A DNA stretch of 64,000 bases from positions 1-64,000 of the IMG/VR virus record IMGVR_UViG_3300021963_000054; one strand, given 5' to 3'. Numbering within the stretch: position 1 is the first letter of the stretch; each line of letters starts with the position of its first letter. The DNA comes from a virus. Made by a program: the position numbers and the translations under genes. Under the pieces are notes generated by a model that worked only from the letters and a program-made list of their open reading frames with translations, ran no database searches and was not told where the DNA came from. Of the stretch, positions 1 through 8,590 are shown piece after piece.

Positions 1-298
1 CTTCAATCTTGTCCATAGCATCAAAGAATGTTCCCAACTGGTCTCCGATGGTTGACATGATATCATTTGGATCCTTTGATAGGTTTTCCTTTATCTCTTT
101 TTTCTTTTGCTCAAACTGTTGCTTTTGCTCTTTTGTTGGTGCCTTGCCTTCGTGCTGTTTGGAGAATTGCTTGTCCAAATCATCCAAAACACCCTTTACG
201 TCACCAGCGGCGCTTTTGATATCTTTGTAGAGTTGACAGCCCTTTTTAACTGCGGCTACAGCGCCATTAGCTAGGGCAAGGAGTGTTAACGGATCCAT
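1..298 (-). CDS. Hypothetical phage protein (partial, runs off the left edge)
   Basis: Not in the ORF track. ATG at 298 on the minus strand reads MDPLTLLALANGAVAAVKKGCQLYKDIKSAAGDVKGVLDDLDKQF..., open to position 1. A late-promoter-like AATAAATA lies on the minus strand at 355-362. Confidence 0.75.
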   Translation of the reverse strand, partial: MDPLTLLALANGAVAAVKKGCQLYKDIKSAAGDVKGVLDDLDKQFSKQHEGKAPTKEQKQQFEQKKKEIKENLSKDPNDIMSTIGDQLGTFFDAMDKIE

Positions 299-340
299 TT
301 TTTGTTATTGTTGTTTTTTTACTACATAACAAAAAAAGAC

Positions 341-384
341 TTGACATTATTACCTATTTATTGTATACTCTATCCATAGATTGA
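341..384 (+). promoter_or_regulatory. Sigma70-type early promoter
   Basis: TTGACA 341-346, 17-nt spacer, TG-TATACT 364-369, then CATAGATTGA 375-384. Confidence 0.85.
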
Positions 385-397
385 AAAAGGAACGAAA

Positions 398-595
398 ATG
401 TCTTGGATTCTAGAAGGTCAAAAAGTTGCAGGTGAGTACCTTGGTACTCATTCCTTTACCGGCGTTGTTGTTGAGAGCCGTGTTAAATATGGTGGTAAAG
501 TTAGTAATACTATTGTGTTAGATACACCCATTGTGGTGTTTGGTGATATCCGTGAGCGAGTCCTGATGGATACCGAAGAATTAATACTTTTGTGA
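398..595 (+). CDS. Hypothetical early protein
   Basis: 65 aa ORF with AAGGA RBS, directly behind a strong promoter. Confidence 0.75.
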   Translation: MSWILEGQKVAGEYLGTHSFTGVVVESRVKYGGKVSNTIVLDTPIVVFGDIRERVLMDTEELILL

Positions 596-598
596 TAC

Positions 599-641
599 TT
601 GACATTCCTACCATTCCTGTTATACTAAACCCATAGATTGA
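599..641 (+). promoter_or_regulatory. Sigma70-type early promoter
   Basis: TTGACA 599-604, 16-nt spacer, TATACT 621-626, CATAGATTGA 632-641. Confidence 0.8.
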
Positions 642-655
642 TTGAAAGAGCCAAA

Positions 656-928
656 ATGTCCAAGATGATTGAATACACCCTTGAAATTTACAAGACTGAC
701 AAGCGTACCAAAGAAGGCAAGCGCCTTGTCGCCAAACAAGATTTTGCTCCATCTACCAAAGATTACATTTCCACAGTTGTTGAATCAAAACGCAAATTGG
801 GTTTCATTGTTGAAGTTTTTGAAACCTATGTCACCCGCAAAAACCTGATGGCTGGCAAAGAATTCCAAGAACGATACGACACACCGTATTTTTGTTCTCC
901 CTCCAGTGAATCTTACTGGTCAATGTAA
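656..928 (+). CDS. Hypothetical early protein
   Basis: ORF track gives 638-928; the ATG at 656 after GAAAGAG is the more likely start. C-terminus TPYFCSPSSESYWSM. Confidence 0.7.
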   Translation: MSKMIEYTLEIYKTDKRTKEGKRLVAKQDFAPSTKDYISTVVESKRKLGFIVEVFETYVTRKNLMAGKEFQERYDTPYFCSPSSESYWSM

Positions 929-952
929 AAATTTTATTAAAGGAGTTTCCAA

Positions 953-1363
953 ATGGCTTATATGAACCAAGAGCGTAAAGCAAAAATCAAAGCAAACCTT
1001 GATGCCGCATTGAAAGGCACTGGCGTTAAATTTTCGTTGAAATGTTCTAGCCTTTCCATTACTTGCACAATCAAGTCCGCACCGATTGACTTTATCGCAA
1101 ATTCCAACGAGACTTGTGGTAAAGATTTTTATCAAGTGGCTAAAGGTTTCAAACCCAATACAACTGGTTATGAACAGGTCAATCCTTACTGGTACCAGGA
1201 TCACTATTCTGGCAAAGCCAAAGAGTTGATGACCAAAATTGTCAAGGCTATGTACTCTGCCGATTACTATGACCGTTCGGATGCCCAAACCGATTACTTT
1301 GATACCGCCTATTATGTGCATATCAATGTCGGTAGCTGGAACAAACCTTTCATTGTAAAATGA
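953..1363 (+). CDS. Hypothetical phage protein
   Basis: 136 aa, strong AAGGAG RBS, C-terminal SDAQTDYFDTAYYVHINVGSW motif. Confidence 0.8.
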   Translation: MAYMNQERKAKIKANLDAALKGTGVKFSLKCSSLSITCTIKSAPIDFIANSNETCGKDFYQVAKGFKPNTTGYEQVNPYWYQDHYSGKAKELMTKIVKAMYSADYYDRSDAQTDYFDTAYYVHINVGSWNKPFIVK

Positions 1364-1482
1364 AGAAGTATGCCGTAATTCACAACGGCAAGATTATTGG
1401 AATTTTCAACATTCTTGCCTGTGCAAAAATTTACGTGGCTGGCTTAAAAAATGCTTGCATTCAGCAGATGGATCTGTTATAA
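1360..1482 (+). CDS. Small hypothetical protein (40 aa)
   Basis: ATGA overlap with the upstream stop; MKKYAVIHNGKIIGIFNILACAKIY... Confidence 0.45.
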   Translation: MKKYAVIHNGKIIGIFNILACAKIYVAGLKNACIQQMDLL

Positions 1483-1483
1483 T
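1455..1483 (+). promoter_or_regulatory. Sigma70-type promoter
   Basis: TTGCAT 1455-1460, 17-nt spacer, TGT-TATAAT 1478-1483. Confidence 0.6.
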
Positions 1484-1502
1484 TGTTTTTTAGGAATTTA
1501 TT

Positions 1503-1631
1503 ATGTTTGAAAAAAATGAATTTGAATCTTTGATGGTTGATTCTCCTGAAGTGCCAATGACGGATGAAGATGTGTTGCGAATGGCAGAATATTATGGATA
1601 CGGACTAGAAGAAGAAAGCGAGTTTGATTAA
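1503..1631 (+). CDS. Small acidic hypothetical protein (42 aa)
   Basis: TAGGA RBS; MFEKNEFESLMVDSPEVPMTDEDVLRMAEYYGYGLEEESEFD. Confidence 0.6.
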   Translation: MFEKNEFESLMVDSPEVPMTDEDVLRMAEYYGYGLEEESEFD

Positions 1632-1632
1632 A

Positions 1633-1935
1633 ATGCCTCAAGGGACTTATATACTAATAACAAGCGATGGTTATCGTGTCACGCCGTTAAACGATTATGA
1701 TAGTTTATTTGACGGCTATATGCCGGATATGTCAAAATATTTAAATACAGATAAGTTAGTTGAAGCCTTCGGTGAATGTCATGTGTTTAAAACACAATCC
1801 GAAGCCATAGAAGTAGCCAGAACATTATCAAAAGCATACCAAGAAACCGAAGATGGTATTCTTGTGATGACAGATTATAGAAAATATTCTTTTCAGGAGT
1901 TGAAAGATGGCAAAGCCAGCAAGAGTTCGGATTGA
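1633..1935 (+). CDS. Hypothetical protein
   Basis: ORF track gives 1624-1935; ATG at 1633 is coupled to the upstream stop. Confidence 0.65.
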   Translation: MPQGTYILITSDGYRVTPLNDYDSLFDGYMPDMSKYLNTDKLVEAFGECHVFKTQSEAIEVARTLSKAYQETEDGILVMTDYRKYSFQELKDGKASKSSD

Positions 1936-2950
1936 TGATGAACCGCGATTTAGTGAACCAATGTCTAAACTGGAATTGGTTCATACACTAAATTGGTACC
2001 ACCAAAACAAAGAATCCAAAGATGCATTAAATTACATAAATTTATACGTTAAGAAAAATAAAATTCAAGGCAAGATTGATACATCCAATGGTATTTTGAC
2101 CGTTGGATGGTTGTGTCGTTTGGTATTGAACGGCAATGACATTGGTGATACTGGTCGTGCATATATCAAAAAGAATTTATTCTTCATTGATGATACACCA
2201 GCGCCAGTTGTTGTCGTTGATAAAGGTCCATCTATTCAAGACCGATTGAACGAGAAAATATCGGAGATTGCCGGCGACCTTGAAGGTGCAATTGATGAAG
2301 TTGTTACCAGTAAATTTAATACCATGCCATCGCCGTTTGCAATTATGCAAGACCGAGCAAAAGGAATGCATGCCAATAAGTTGGTTGATATTTTCAAAAA
2401 ACGCCGAAGTGAATTTGATGAAGTTCTAAACACAAAAGATGCCGAATTGCGTGAAGGTTATTCCAATTTTACAAAACCGCAATTGAAGAAATTGGTTGCG
2501 TATTGTGATACAATTATTACCGATGCAATGAAGATTGCGGGTGAGGCTAAAATAAATCGTAAGCCACGAAAACGCAAAGCAAAAACGCCGGACCAACTTG
2601 TATCCAAAGTACAATACTGTGAAAAATTTGATGACTTGAAATTGGTATCAATAAAGCCAAAAGATATCATTGGTGCTATGCAGTTATGGGTGTTCAATAC
2701 CAAAAATAAAAAACTTGGCGTTTATCATGCGGATGATGCTGGTGGTTTTGGTATTAAGGGAACATGCGTTACAAATTATACCGAATCCAAATCTATAAGT
2801 AAGACAGTAAGAAAGCCAGGCGAAATGTTGCCAGAAGTATTGAAAGCTGGCAAAATAGCTTTGCGTAATATTTTATCTGGTATTGCTACAAAAGAATCTT
2901 TATTGAATGGTAGAATTAATAAAGATGTTGTCCTGTTGCGTGTCCTATGA
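1907..2950 (+). CDS. Conserved T4-like phage hypothetical protein
   Basis: 347 aa, AGGAG RBS, basic KPRKRK linker, C-terminal LNGRIN motif; sits upstream of rnh. Confidence 0.75.
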   Translation: MAKPARVRIDDEPRFSEPMSKLELVHTLNWYHQNKESKDALNYINLYVKKNKIQGKIDTSNGILTVGWLCRLVLNGNDIGDTGRAYIKKNLFFIDDTPAPVVVVDKGPSIQDRLNEKISEIAGDLEGAIDEVVTSKFNTMPSPFAIMQDRAKGMHANKLVDIFKKRRSEFDEVLNTKDAELREGYSNFTKPQLKKLVAYCDTIITDAMKIAGEAKINRKPRKRKAKTPDQLVSKVQYCEKFDDLKLVSIKPKDIIGAMQLWVFNTKNKKLGVYHADDAGGFGIKGTCVTNYTESKSISKTVRKPGEMLPEVLKAGKIALRNILSGIATKESLLNGRINKDVVLLRVL

Positions 2951-2989
2951 TTACCTATCTTTTCTAAAAACTTATGCTATAATGACCAA

Positions 2990-3829
2990 ATGATTATATT
3001 CGACTACAACCAAGTTGTGATTGCCAACTTGATGGAACAAATTGGCTCCTCAAAAACACCTGTTGAAGAATCTTTGGTTCGCCATATGGTTCTTAATACT
3101 ATCCGTGCTAACGTGAAGAAATTCCGTGAGTATGGTGAAGTGATTATTGCTTGCGATAATCGCCATTACTGGCGCAGAGAAATCTTTCCGCCATACAAAG
3201 GTCACCGAAAGAAAAATCGTGATGCATCCGGGCATGACTGGACTGCAATTTTTGATTGCATGGCTAAGATTCGCCAAGAGTTGAAAGACCATTCGCCATA
3301 CAAAGTGATTGATATCCATGGTGCCGAAGCTGATGATATCATCGGTGTGTTGACGCAAGCCTATTCAAAAAATGAACCTGTATTGATTTTGTCTTCCGAT
3401 AAAGACTTTGTGCAATTACAAATCTATCCGAATGTTAAACAATACTCACCAACAATGAAGAAATTCATTAATACTGATGATCCAATCAAGCAGTTAAATG
3501 AATTGATTGTTACTGGTGATAAGGGTGATGGTATTCCAAACATTTTGTCGCCAGATAATTCTATTATTGACGGCATTCGGCAAAAATCTGTGACCAAGAA
3601 GTTTCTGGAAGAAGTTGCTGAAACGGGCACAAGTAAATTTAATGATGTGCAAATGCGAAATTGGTCTCGGAACAAACAGTTGATTGATTTGACTATGATT
3701 CCTGGATCAATCTCAAAAAACATTATAGATACATACATAGAAACAAAACCAGCAACCCGCCAGCAATTTATGAATTACATGATTGCAAACCGGCTAAAGA
3801 ATTTGCTTGAAGTAATTGATGAATTTTGA
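2990..3829 (+). CDS. rnh: T4-like RNase H / 5'-3' exonuclease (FEN family)
   Basis: Motifs IIFDYNQ, YWRREIFPPYKGHR, EADDIIG, SSDKDFVQL, GDKGDGIPN. Confidence 0.93.
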   Translation: MIIFDYNQVVIANLMEQIGSSKTPVEESLVRHMVLNTIRANVKKFREYGEVIIACDNRHYWRREIFPPYKGHRKKNRDASGHDWTAIFDCMAKIRQELKDHSPYKVIDIHGAEADDIIGVLTQAYSKNEPVLILSSDKDFVQLQIYPNVKQYSPTMKKFINTDDPIKQLNELIVTGDKGDGIPNILSPDNSIIDGIRQKSVTKKFLEEVAETGTSKFNDVQMRNWSRNKQLIDLTMIPGSISKNIIDTYIETKPATRQQFMNYMIANRLKNLLEVIDEF

Positions 3830-3838
3830 GGAAAATAA

Positions 3839-4270
3839 ATGAATGATTTAATGTACCACGAAATCTTTGCTTTGTTTGAAAAAACAGAAAAGAGAGCCGA
3901 AAAGATTAATGTTTTACGGAAACATGGCGACAGGAACTTGAAAGAGTTTTTGGTTGCAGTTTTTAATCCAAATGTAATCTTTGATGTTGAGATTCCAGAT
4001 TATAAACCAGCAAAAGAACCTGAGGGTCTAAACATTCTCTATCTTCATAATGAGGTACCGAGATTGTACCGATTTATTGCTGGGCATCCACGCAGGGCGC
4101 AAGGATTGACACCCCAAAAACAAATGAGTTTGTTGATTCCTCTGTTGGAAGCACTTCATAAAGATGAGGCTGATTTGCTTGTTAGGGCTATGAAAAAAGA
4201 TTTACGTATTCCTTTTCTCACACCAAAACTAGTCAAAGATGCTTTTCCAGATATTGATTTAGGAGATTAA
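3839..4270 (+). CDS. Conserved T4-like hypothetical protein
   Basis: 143 aa, GAGGA RBS, LLEALHKDEA and LVKDAFP motifs of a family that usually follows rnh. Confidence 0.75.
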   Translation: MNDLMYHEIFALFEKTEKRAEKINVLRKHGDRNLKEFLVAVFNPNVIFDVEIPDYKPAKEPEGLNILYLHNEVPRLYRFIAGHPRRAQGLTPQKQMSLLIPLLEALHKDEADLLVRAMKKDLRIPFLTPKLVKDAFPDIDLGD

Positions 4271-4271
4271 A

Positions 4272-4487
4272 ATGTCTGATGGTGGTAAAGGTAGTATACC
4301 AAGACCATTTAGCGTTACCCAACAAGAATATGATACCAGATGGGATGCAATTTTTGGTCGTGACATAAAAAGTGATGAACGTTTGATGGAAATGCCAGGC
4401 ACAGTTGGTAGTGCCAAATTGACATTTAAGGATGAAAATGAAAGTAGCTGTAATAACACCGACAATCGGAACCAAGTATCTCAGTAA
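4272..4487 (+). CDS. Small hypothetical protein (GGKGSxPRP motif)
   Basis: AGGAG RBS; MSDGGKGSIPRP...WDAIFG. Confidence 0.65.
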   Translation: MSDGGKGSIPRPFSVTQQEYDTRWDAIFGRDIKSDERLMEMPGTVGSAKLTFKDENESSCNNTDNRNQVSQ

Positions 4488-5202
4488 GTGTATTCAATCC
4501 GTTGATAGTCAAACATATGATGATTTGACGCATTATGTTTTCATGGATGGAATGCAATACTGGAAAGAAATTGATGATATCATTGAAGGTTCTGAAAAAG
4601 TCCGTGTAATAAAAATTGAAGAAAACGTCGGTAAAGGATGGTACGGTCATCGTGTTTACTCGGCGTGTTCATTTTTGGTGAATGCTGATGTAATCATTTA
4701 CCTTGATGAAGATAATTGGATTGATCCGTGTCACGTTGAAAAACTTGTTAAAGTTATACAAAAGGGAAATGATTGGGCATATAGCCTTAGAAAGATTTAC
4801 GATAAAGATGAAAAATTACTATGCGAAGACAATTGCGAAAGTCTTGGAAAATGGCCTGTTTTCTTTGACGAGAAAGTTAACCACATTGATACTTCCAGCT
4901 TTGCTATTAAGCGTGATATTGCTGTTCGCATTGGTCACGCATGGTATGGGCAGTGGGGCGCTGATAGACAATTTTATCAAGCACTATCAACCCATTTTCC
5001 CAATTACGATTGCACCAATGCACACACCTTATGCTATCGCTTAGATGGTAATCCGAATTCTGTGAAAGCAGATTTCTTTGAGAGTGGTAATGCTATCAAT
5101 GCGACAAAATATAATGGAAGTTTCCCATGGAAAATAAACAAATTGCTAAAAATAGAACCGCGCTCATTACCGGTGGGTCAGGTTATCTCGGTTCGCACCT
5201 AA
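4432..5202 (+). CDS. Glycosyltransferase family 2
   Basis: N-terminal VAVITPT...CIQSVDSQTY; DxD-type YLDEDN motif. Confidence 0.88.
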   Translation: MKMKVAVITPTIGTKYLSKCIQSVDSQTYDDLTHYVFMDGMQYWKEIDDIIEGSEKVRVIKIEENVGKGWYGHRVYSACSFLVNADVIIYLDEDNWIDPCHVEKLVKVIQKGNDWAYSLRKIYDKDEKLLCEDNCESLGKWPVFFDEKVNHIDTSSFAIKRDIAVRIGHAWYGQWGADRQFYQALSTHFPNYDCTNAHTLCYRLDGNPNSVKADFFESGNAINATKYNGSFPWKINKLLKIEPRSLPVGQVISVRT

Positions 5203-6095
5203 GCAAAAAACTAAAGCAACAAGGATGGAAAGTAATTATCCTTGATAGAAAGATGGGTCCCACACATCCTTACGTGGATGCATTTTATTGTGGCGATGTT
5301 CGGAATAGATTTCTCTTAGAAGATATTTTCAAAAACAATTTAATTGATATTGTATTTCACTTAGCTGGTCGGATTGAAGTTGGCGAATCAGTAAATAATC
5401 CTACCGAATTCTGGGAAGTCAATGTTGGCGGAACAGTCGCTGTTCTAAATGCCACGAGTAAATTTGGTGTGAATAAGATTGTTTTTTCATCCACTGCTGG
5501 AGTTTACTGGGCAGGTGCTATGGAAATACCAGAAGATGAATGCACCACAAGTAATAATCCTTACAGCAATAGTAAAATGTCTTGTGAGTATGCCATTGAA
5601 GATTCTGGTTTGAAATATGTAATTTTTAGGTATTTCAATCTGGCTGGCGCTGATCCAGATGGAGAAATGGGTGAGTGCCATGAACCGGAAACACATCTAA
5701 TTCCCAGAATTCTACAAAATCTAAATACGGTTGAAGTGTATGGAAATGACTATGACACACCAGATGGAACATGCGTTAGGGATTACGTCCACGTTTGTGA
5801 TGTTGTTGACGCACACTTGGAAGCGATAAAATATCTTGACAATTCTGGTGAATCTGGAGTTTTTAATCTAGGTTCAGGAGTTGGCTATAGTGTTCTTGAT
5901 ATTATAAAAACAGTTAAAAAAGTAACAAATAAAAAAGTAAATTATACCATAATGCCAAGGAGAGAAGGCGATCCAAGTCATTTGGTCGCTGATATCACCA
6001 AAGCAAAAACCATTTTGAATTTTAATCCAAAACATGATATATCATCCATCGTCAAATCGGCCTATGAGTGGGAAGAGATTAGGTCAATCACCTGA
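5127..6095 (+). CDS. galE: UDP-glucose 4-epimerase
   Basis: Rossmann TGGSGYLGSH, FSSTAGVY, YSNSK catalytic YxxxK, RYFNLAGA, PETHLIP, DGTCVRDYVHV. Confidence 0.93.
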   Translation: MENKQIAKNRTALITGGSGYLGSHLSKKLKQQGWKVIILDRKMGPTHPYVDAFYCGDVRNRFLLEDIFKNNLIDIVFHLAGRIEVGESVNNPTEFWEVNVGGTVAVLNATSKFGVNKIVFSSTAGVYWAGAMEIPEDECTTSNNPYSNSKMSCEYAIEDSGLKYVIFRYFNLAGADPDGEMGECHEPETHLIPRILQNLNTVEVYGNDYDTPDGTCVRDYVHVCDVVDAHLEAIKYLDNSGESGVFNLGSGVGYSVLDIIKTVKKVTNKKVNYTIMPRREGDPSHLVADITKAKTILNFNPKHDISSIVKSAYEWEEIRSIT

Positions 6096-6648
6096 AGATA
6101 TTCCATTCAACGTTCAAGATAAGTTTGACAATGTATTTCTTGACAACCATATCTTTTTCTTGAGCGGTGAAATAAATGAAGAAAACATCCTCAAAGCAAC
6201 ACAATGGTTAGTCTATGAAAATGCTTACCATGATCCAGAAAAACTTTTACAGTTGTATATCAATTCTACGGGCGGTGATTTGTATCAAGCACTTGGTCTA
6301 ATTGATATGATGCGTATTAGCAAAAATAGAATCCGAACAATCGGTGTTGGTGCTGTTATGTCGGCTGCATTCCTAATCTTTGCATCCGGTGAAAAGGGCG
6401 AAAGATTAATTTCCAAAAATTGTAGTATCATGTGTCACCAGTATTCTGATACCTACGAGGGAAAGCACCACGACTTAAAGTCATTCACAAAAGAGGCTGA
6501 ATTGACTAATCAAAGAATGTTGAATATACTTCAAGAGGCTACGGGCATGAGCGCACGTAATGTTAAGACCAAACTTTTATCACCTAGCGATGTTTGGTTG
6601 ACTGCTGATGAAGTTATTAAGCTAGGTGTAGCTGACCGCATTCTTTAA
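6064..6648 (+). CDS. clpP: ClpP-family protease subunit
   Basis: LYINSTGG, GAVMSAA (catalytic Ser), IMCHQ (His), DVWLTADE...GVAD (Asp). Start moved to ATG 6064. Confidence 0.9.
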   Translation: MSGKRLGQSPEDIPFNVQDKFDNVFLDNHIFFLSGEINEENILKATQWLVYENAYHDPEKLLQLYINSTGGDLYQALGLIDMMRISKNRIRTIGVGAVMSAAFLIFASGEKGERLISKNCSIMCHQYSDTYEGKHHDLKSFTKEAELTNQRMLNILQEATGMSARNVKTKLLSPSDVWLTADEVIKLGVADRIL

Positions 6649-6670
6649 CGGAGGTTAATCAAAAGAAAAA

Positions 6671-6850
6671 ATGATTGGTGGCACTAAGGTAGAAAAAGTC
6701 TACAAAACTAAATTTCGGAAAAAAGAAGATTCAGTATCCGACTGGAAACAACCAAAACAAAAACACCACGATAAATCTTTTTATCGTTTGGTGAAGGAAG
6801 AAAACAATGAGTATGATTCAGGTTATTCAAAAGCAAATAAAAGAAATTGA
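6671..6850 (+). CDS. Small basic hypothetical protein (59 aa)
   Basis: MIGGTKVEKVYKTKFRKKED...; below the ORF-track cutoff. Confidence 0.55.
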   Translation: MIGGTKVEKVYKTKFRKKEDSVSDWKQPKQKHHDKSFYRLVKEENNEYDSGYSKANKRN

Positions 6851-6974
6851 AGCTAGAATCAAAACAGATTCTGGTGATGTTGAGGAACTCAAGAAGGCTT
6901 TAGCCCGCTTGAAAATGCAGGAATTTGAAGAAGATATAAAAGAGTCCGACAACAGGCAACTATTACAAGGTTGA
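6807..6974 (+). CDS. Small coiled-coil protein (55 aa)
   Basis: AAGGA RBS; MSMIQVIQKQIKEIEARIK...RQLLQG. Confidence 0.6.
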   Translation: MSMIQVIQKQIKEIEARIKTDSGDVEELKKALARLKMQEFEEDIKESDNRQLLQG

Positions 6975-7026
6975 TGTTGTAGAAAAACAACAAGAGGGTT
7001 GACAGGTGCTTATATTATGATATAAT
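6975..7026 (+). promoter_or_regulatory. Sigma70 promoter with upstream palindromic operator
   Basis: TGTTGT-N6-ACAACA 6975-6992, TTGACA 6999-7004, TG-A-TATAAT 7021-7026. Confidence 0.8.
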
Positions 7027-7033
7027 AAGCACT

Positions 7034-7405
7034 ATGAATATCCCTTCCGTTGGTTCAAAAGTTTCCGTTACTGTTCGCCTTAGAACTAATTACTTATACG
7101 CACCAGAGCCGTATGAGGATGTTGAATTAACGGGCACAGTCGTTAAAAGTCAACGATGGGTTGATGCCGATAGTTTTTCACTTGAAACTATTGACAAAGA
7201 ATACCCGGTCAAAATAATTCCGTCCTCTTGGGTGCGGAATGTCAAAATAATTTCTGGCTCGGTTCAGAGTATCAGAAAATTCCTAGTCAAAGGTAGCAAA
7301 GGTGAGTATACCGTAACGCAAAACGGCAAGCATTACTCCTGCACCTGCATTGGCTTCAAGTATCATGGAAAATGCAAGCATATTACCGCTGTTGCAAAAA
7401 TGTAA
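7034..7405 (+). CDS. SWIM zinc-finger protein
   Basis: C-terminal YTV...CTCIGFKYHGKCKH (CxC...CxH). Confidence 0.8.
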   Translation: MNIPSVGSKVSVTVRLRTNYLYAPEPYEDVELTGTVVKSQRWVDADSFSLETIDKEYPVKIIPSSWVRNVKIISGSVQSIRKFLVKGSKGEYTVTQNGKHYSCTCIGFKYHGKCKHITAVAKM

Positions 7406-7452
7406 CACTATGCTTGCAAAATATCCTGGCTTGTGTTATAATGACTTATCTT
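7390..7452 (+). promoter_or_regulatory. Sigma70 promoter with upstream palindromic operator
   Basis: TGTTGC-N6-GTAACA 7390-7407, TTGCAA 7414-7419, 17-nt spacer, TATAAT 7437-7442. Confidence 0.7.
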
Positions 7453-7470
7453 TGTTAATTAGGAGTGTAT

Positions 7471-7692
7471 ATGAATGATTGGGACCGAGACAATCTAAAT
7501 TTTTTGACGCATTGCTCTAGGGCAGAATTGTGTGACATGGCAAAAGAGATGGATCTTGAAGACTTAAATTATGCAATAAAATTACTTCGGATTGGTCGTT
7601 CCGAATTGATGGTTCAAGAAATGGAACAATGCTTGGATGATGTTGAAGACCTGACGGTGGCTAAAAATTTGTTGAATAAAATTAAGGGATAA
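7471..7692 (+). CDS. Hypothetical protein
   Basis: AGGAG RBS then ATG 7471 (ORF track start 7465). Confidence 0.7.
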   Translation: MNDWDRDNLNFLTHCSRAELCDMAKEMDLEDLNYAIKLLRIGRSELMVQEMEQCLDDVEDLTVAKNLLNKIKG

Positions 7693-7693
7693 T

Positions 7694-7891
7694 ATGGATC
7701 AGTTTACACTAATGGCAGAAACACTCACGGGTTACAATTACAAGTTTGTCCGAAATTACGTTATGGAAGATGAAGAAGCCACCAATGAATCGTTAGCATT
7801 GGTTGAGAGTACATTACTTCATGGTTATACAATCACCAATATTCAAGAATATAAAACCGTGATGAAACGGGTAACTCAAAAGGTGGCATGA
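7694..7891 (+). CDS. Hypothetical protein
   Basis: 65 aa, AAGGGA RBS. Confidence 0.65.
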   Translation: MDQFTLMAETLTGYNYKFVRNYVMEDEEATNESLALVESTLLHGYTITNIQEYKTVMKRVTQKVA

Positions 7892-8018
7892 TGCGTGAAT
7901 TTTCTTTTTTTCTTGAAGCCTGGAAATTCTGTATTCAGAATAAAATTCCCACAACAACAATCCAACGAAAAAGCTGGAAAGTTTGGACAGTTGCAGTAAA
8001 CTCAGGATTTGAATTAGC

Positions 8019-8369
8019 ATGATTATACATGGTCGCTTGGGTAAGAGTAAGCCCAAAAAGAAAACGAAAAAAGAATTGGCCGAGTATGATGCTTGGCTCC
8101 AAAGTGTCAATAGCATGACCACAAATTTTTCTATTAAGAAGACAAAAGTGATTTTACAAAATAAATTTCCCAAGTTGGCTATTCCTGCGGATCGTGATTC
8201 AAAAAAGTATCCTAGCAAAGTGACTCCCGGCGGTTCTGCAACAAAACCAATCTACGGCAAAGTGTACACTGGTACCGAAATGAAAGGCATTGGCACTTTA
8301 CATAAGAGTAATGCGGTGCCAATTTTCTCAGCCGAGGAAGCGATTGACCAAGCAAACATGAGGCGGTAA
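8019..8369 (+). CDS. Basic hypothetical phage protein
   Basis: Lys-rich; C-terminal YTG...GIGTLHKSNAVP...MRR motif. Confidence 0.75.
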   Translation: MIIHGRLGKSKPKKKTKKELAEYDAWLQSVNSMTTNFSIKKTKVILQNKFPKLAIPADRDSKKYPSKVTPGGSATKPIYGKVYTGTEMKGIGTLHKSNAVPIFSAEEAIDQANMRR

Positions 8370-8370
8370 G

Positions 8371-8499
8371 ATGGAAGTATTCATTTCCACAAGTAGTATA
8401 TTTGTTTTAGGATTATTCTTCGGCGCACTATTGGGCCGAATTGTAACCTTTAGTATTCTAGCCGCTGGCTGTGTGGTAATGTTAATACTTAGGTACTAA
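8371..8499 (+). CDS. Small membrane protein (42 aa)
   Basis: MEVFISTSSIFVLGLFFGALLGRIVTFSILAAGCVVMLILRY; entirely hydrophobic. Confidence 0.55.
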   Translation: MEVFISTSSIFVLGLFFGALLGRIVTFSILAAGCVVMLILRY

Positions 8500-8574
8500 T
8501 GTTGTATTTCTGCGACAACTCCAAAAAATGCTTGACAATTTTTACCATCCTGTTATACTATATTCATAGATTGA
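8500..8574 (+). promoter_or_regulatory. Sigma70 promoter with upstream palindromic operator
   Basis: TGTTGT-N6-GCGACA 8500-8517, TTGACA 8532-8537, TATACT 8554-8559, CATAGATTGA 8565-8574. Confidence 0.8.
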
Positions 8575-8590
8575 TAGAAAGAGGTTGAAA

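Noticed and set aside
9-230. Plus-strand 73-aa ORF and the many antisense ORFs inside recognised genes (e.g. 920-1321, 12944-13231, 43215-43817)
   Set aside because: They overlap better-supported genes on the opposite strand, lack RBSs and have implausible composition.
6064-6648. ClpP as the prohead protease
   Set aside because: It is not in a head-gene cluster, and T4-like phages use gp21 for head maturation.
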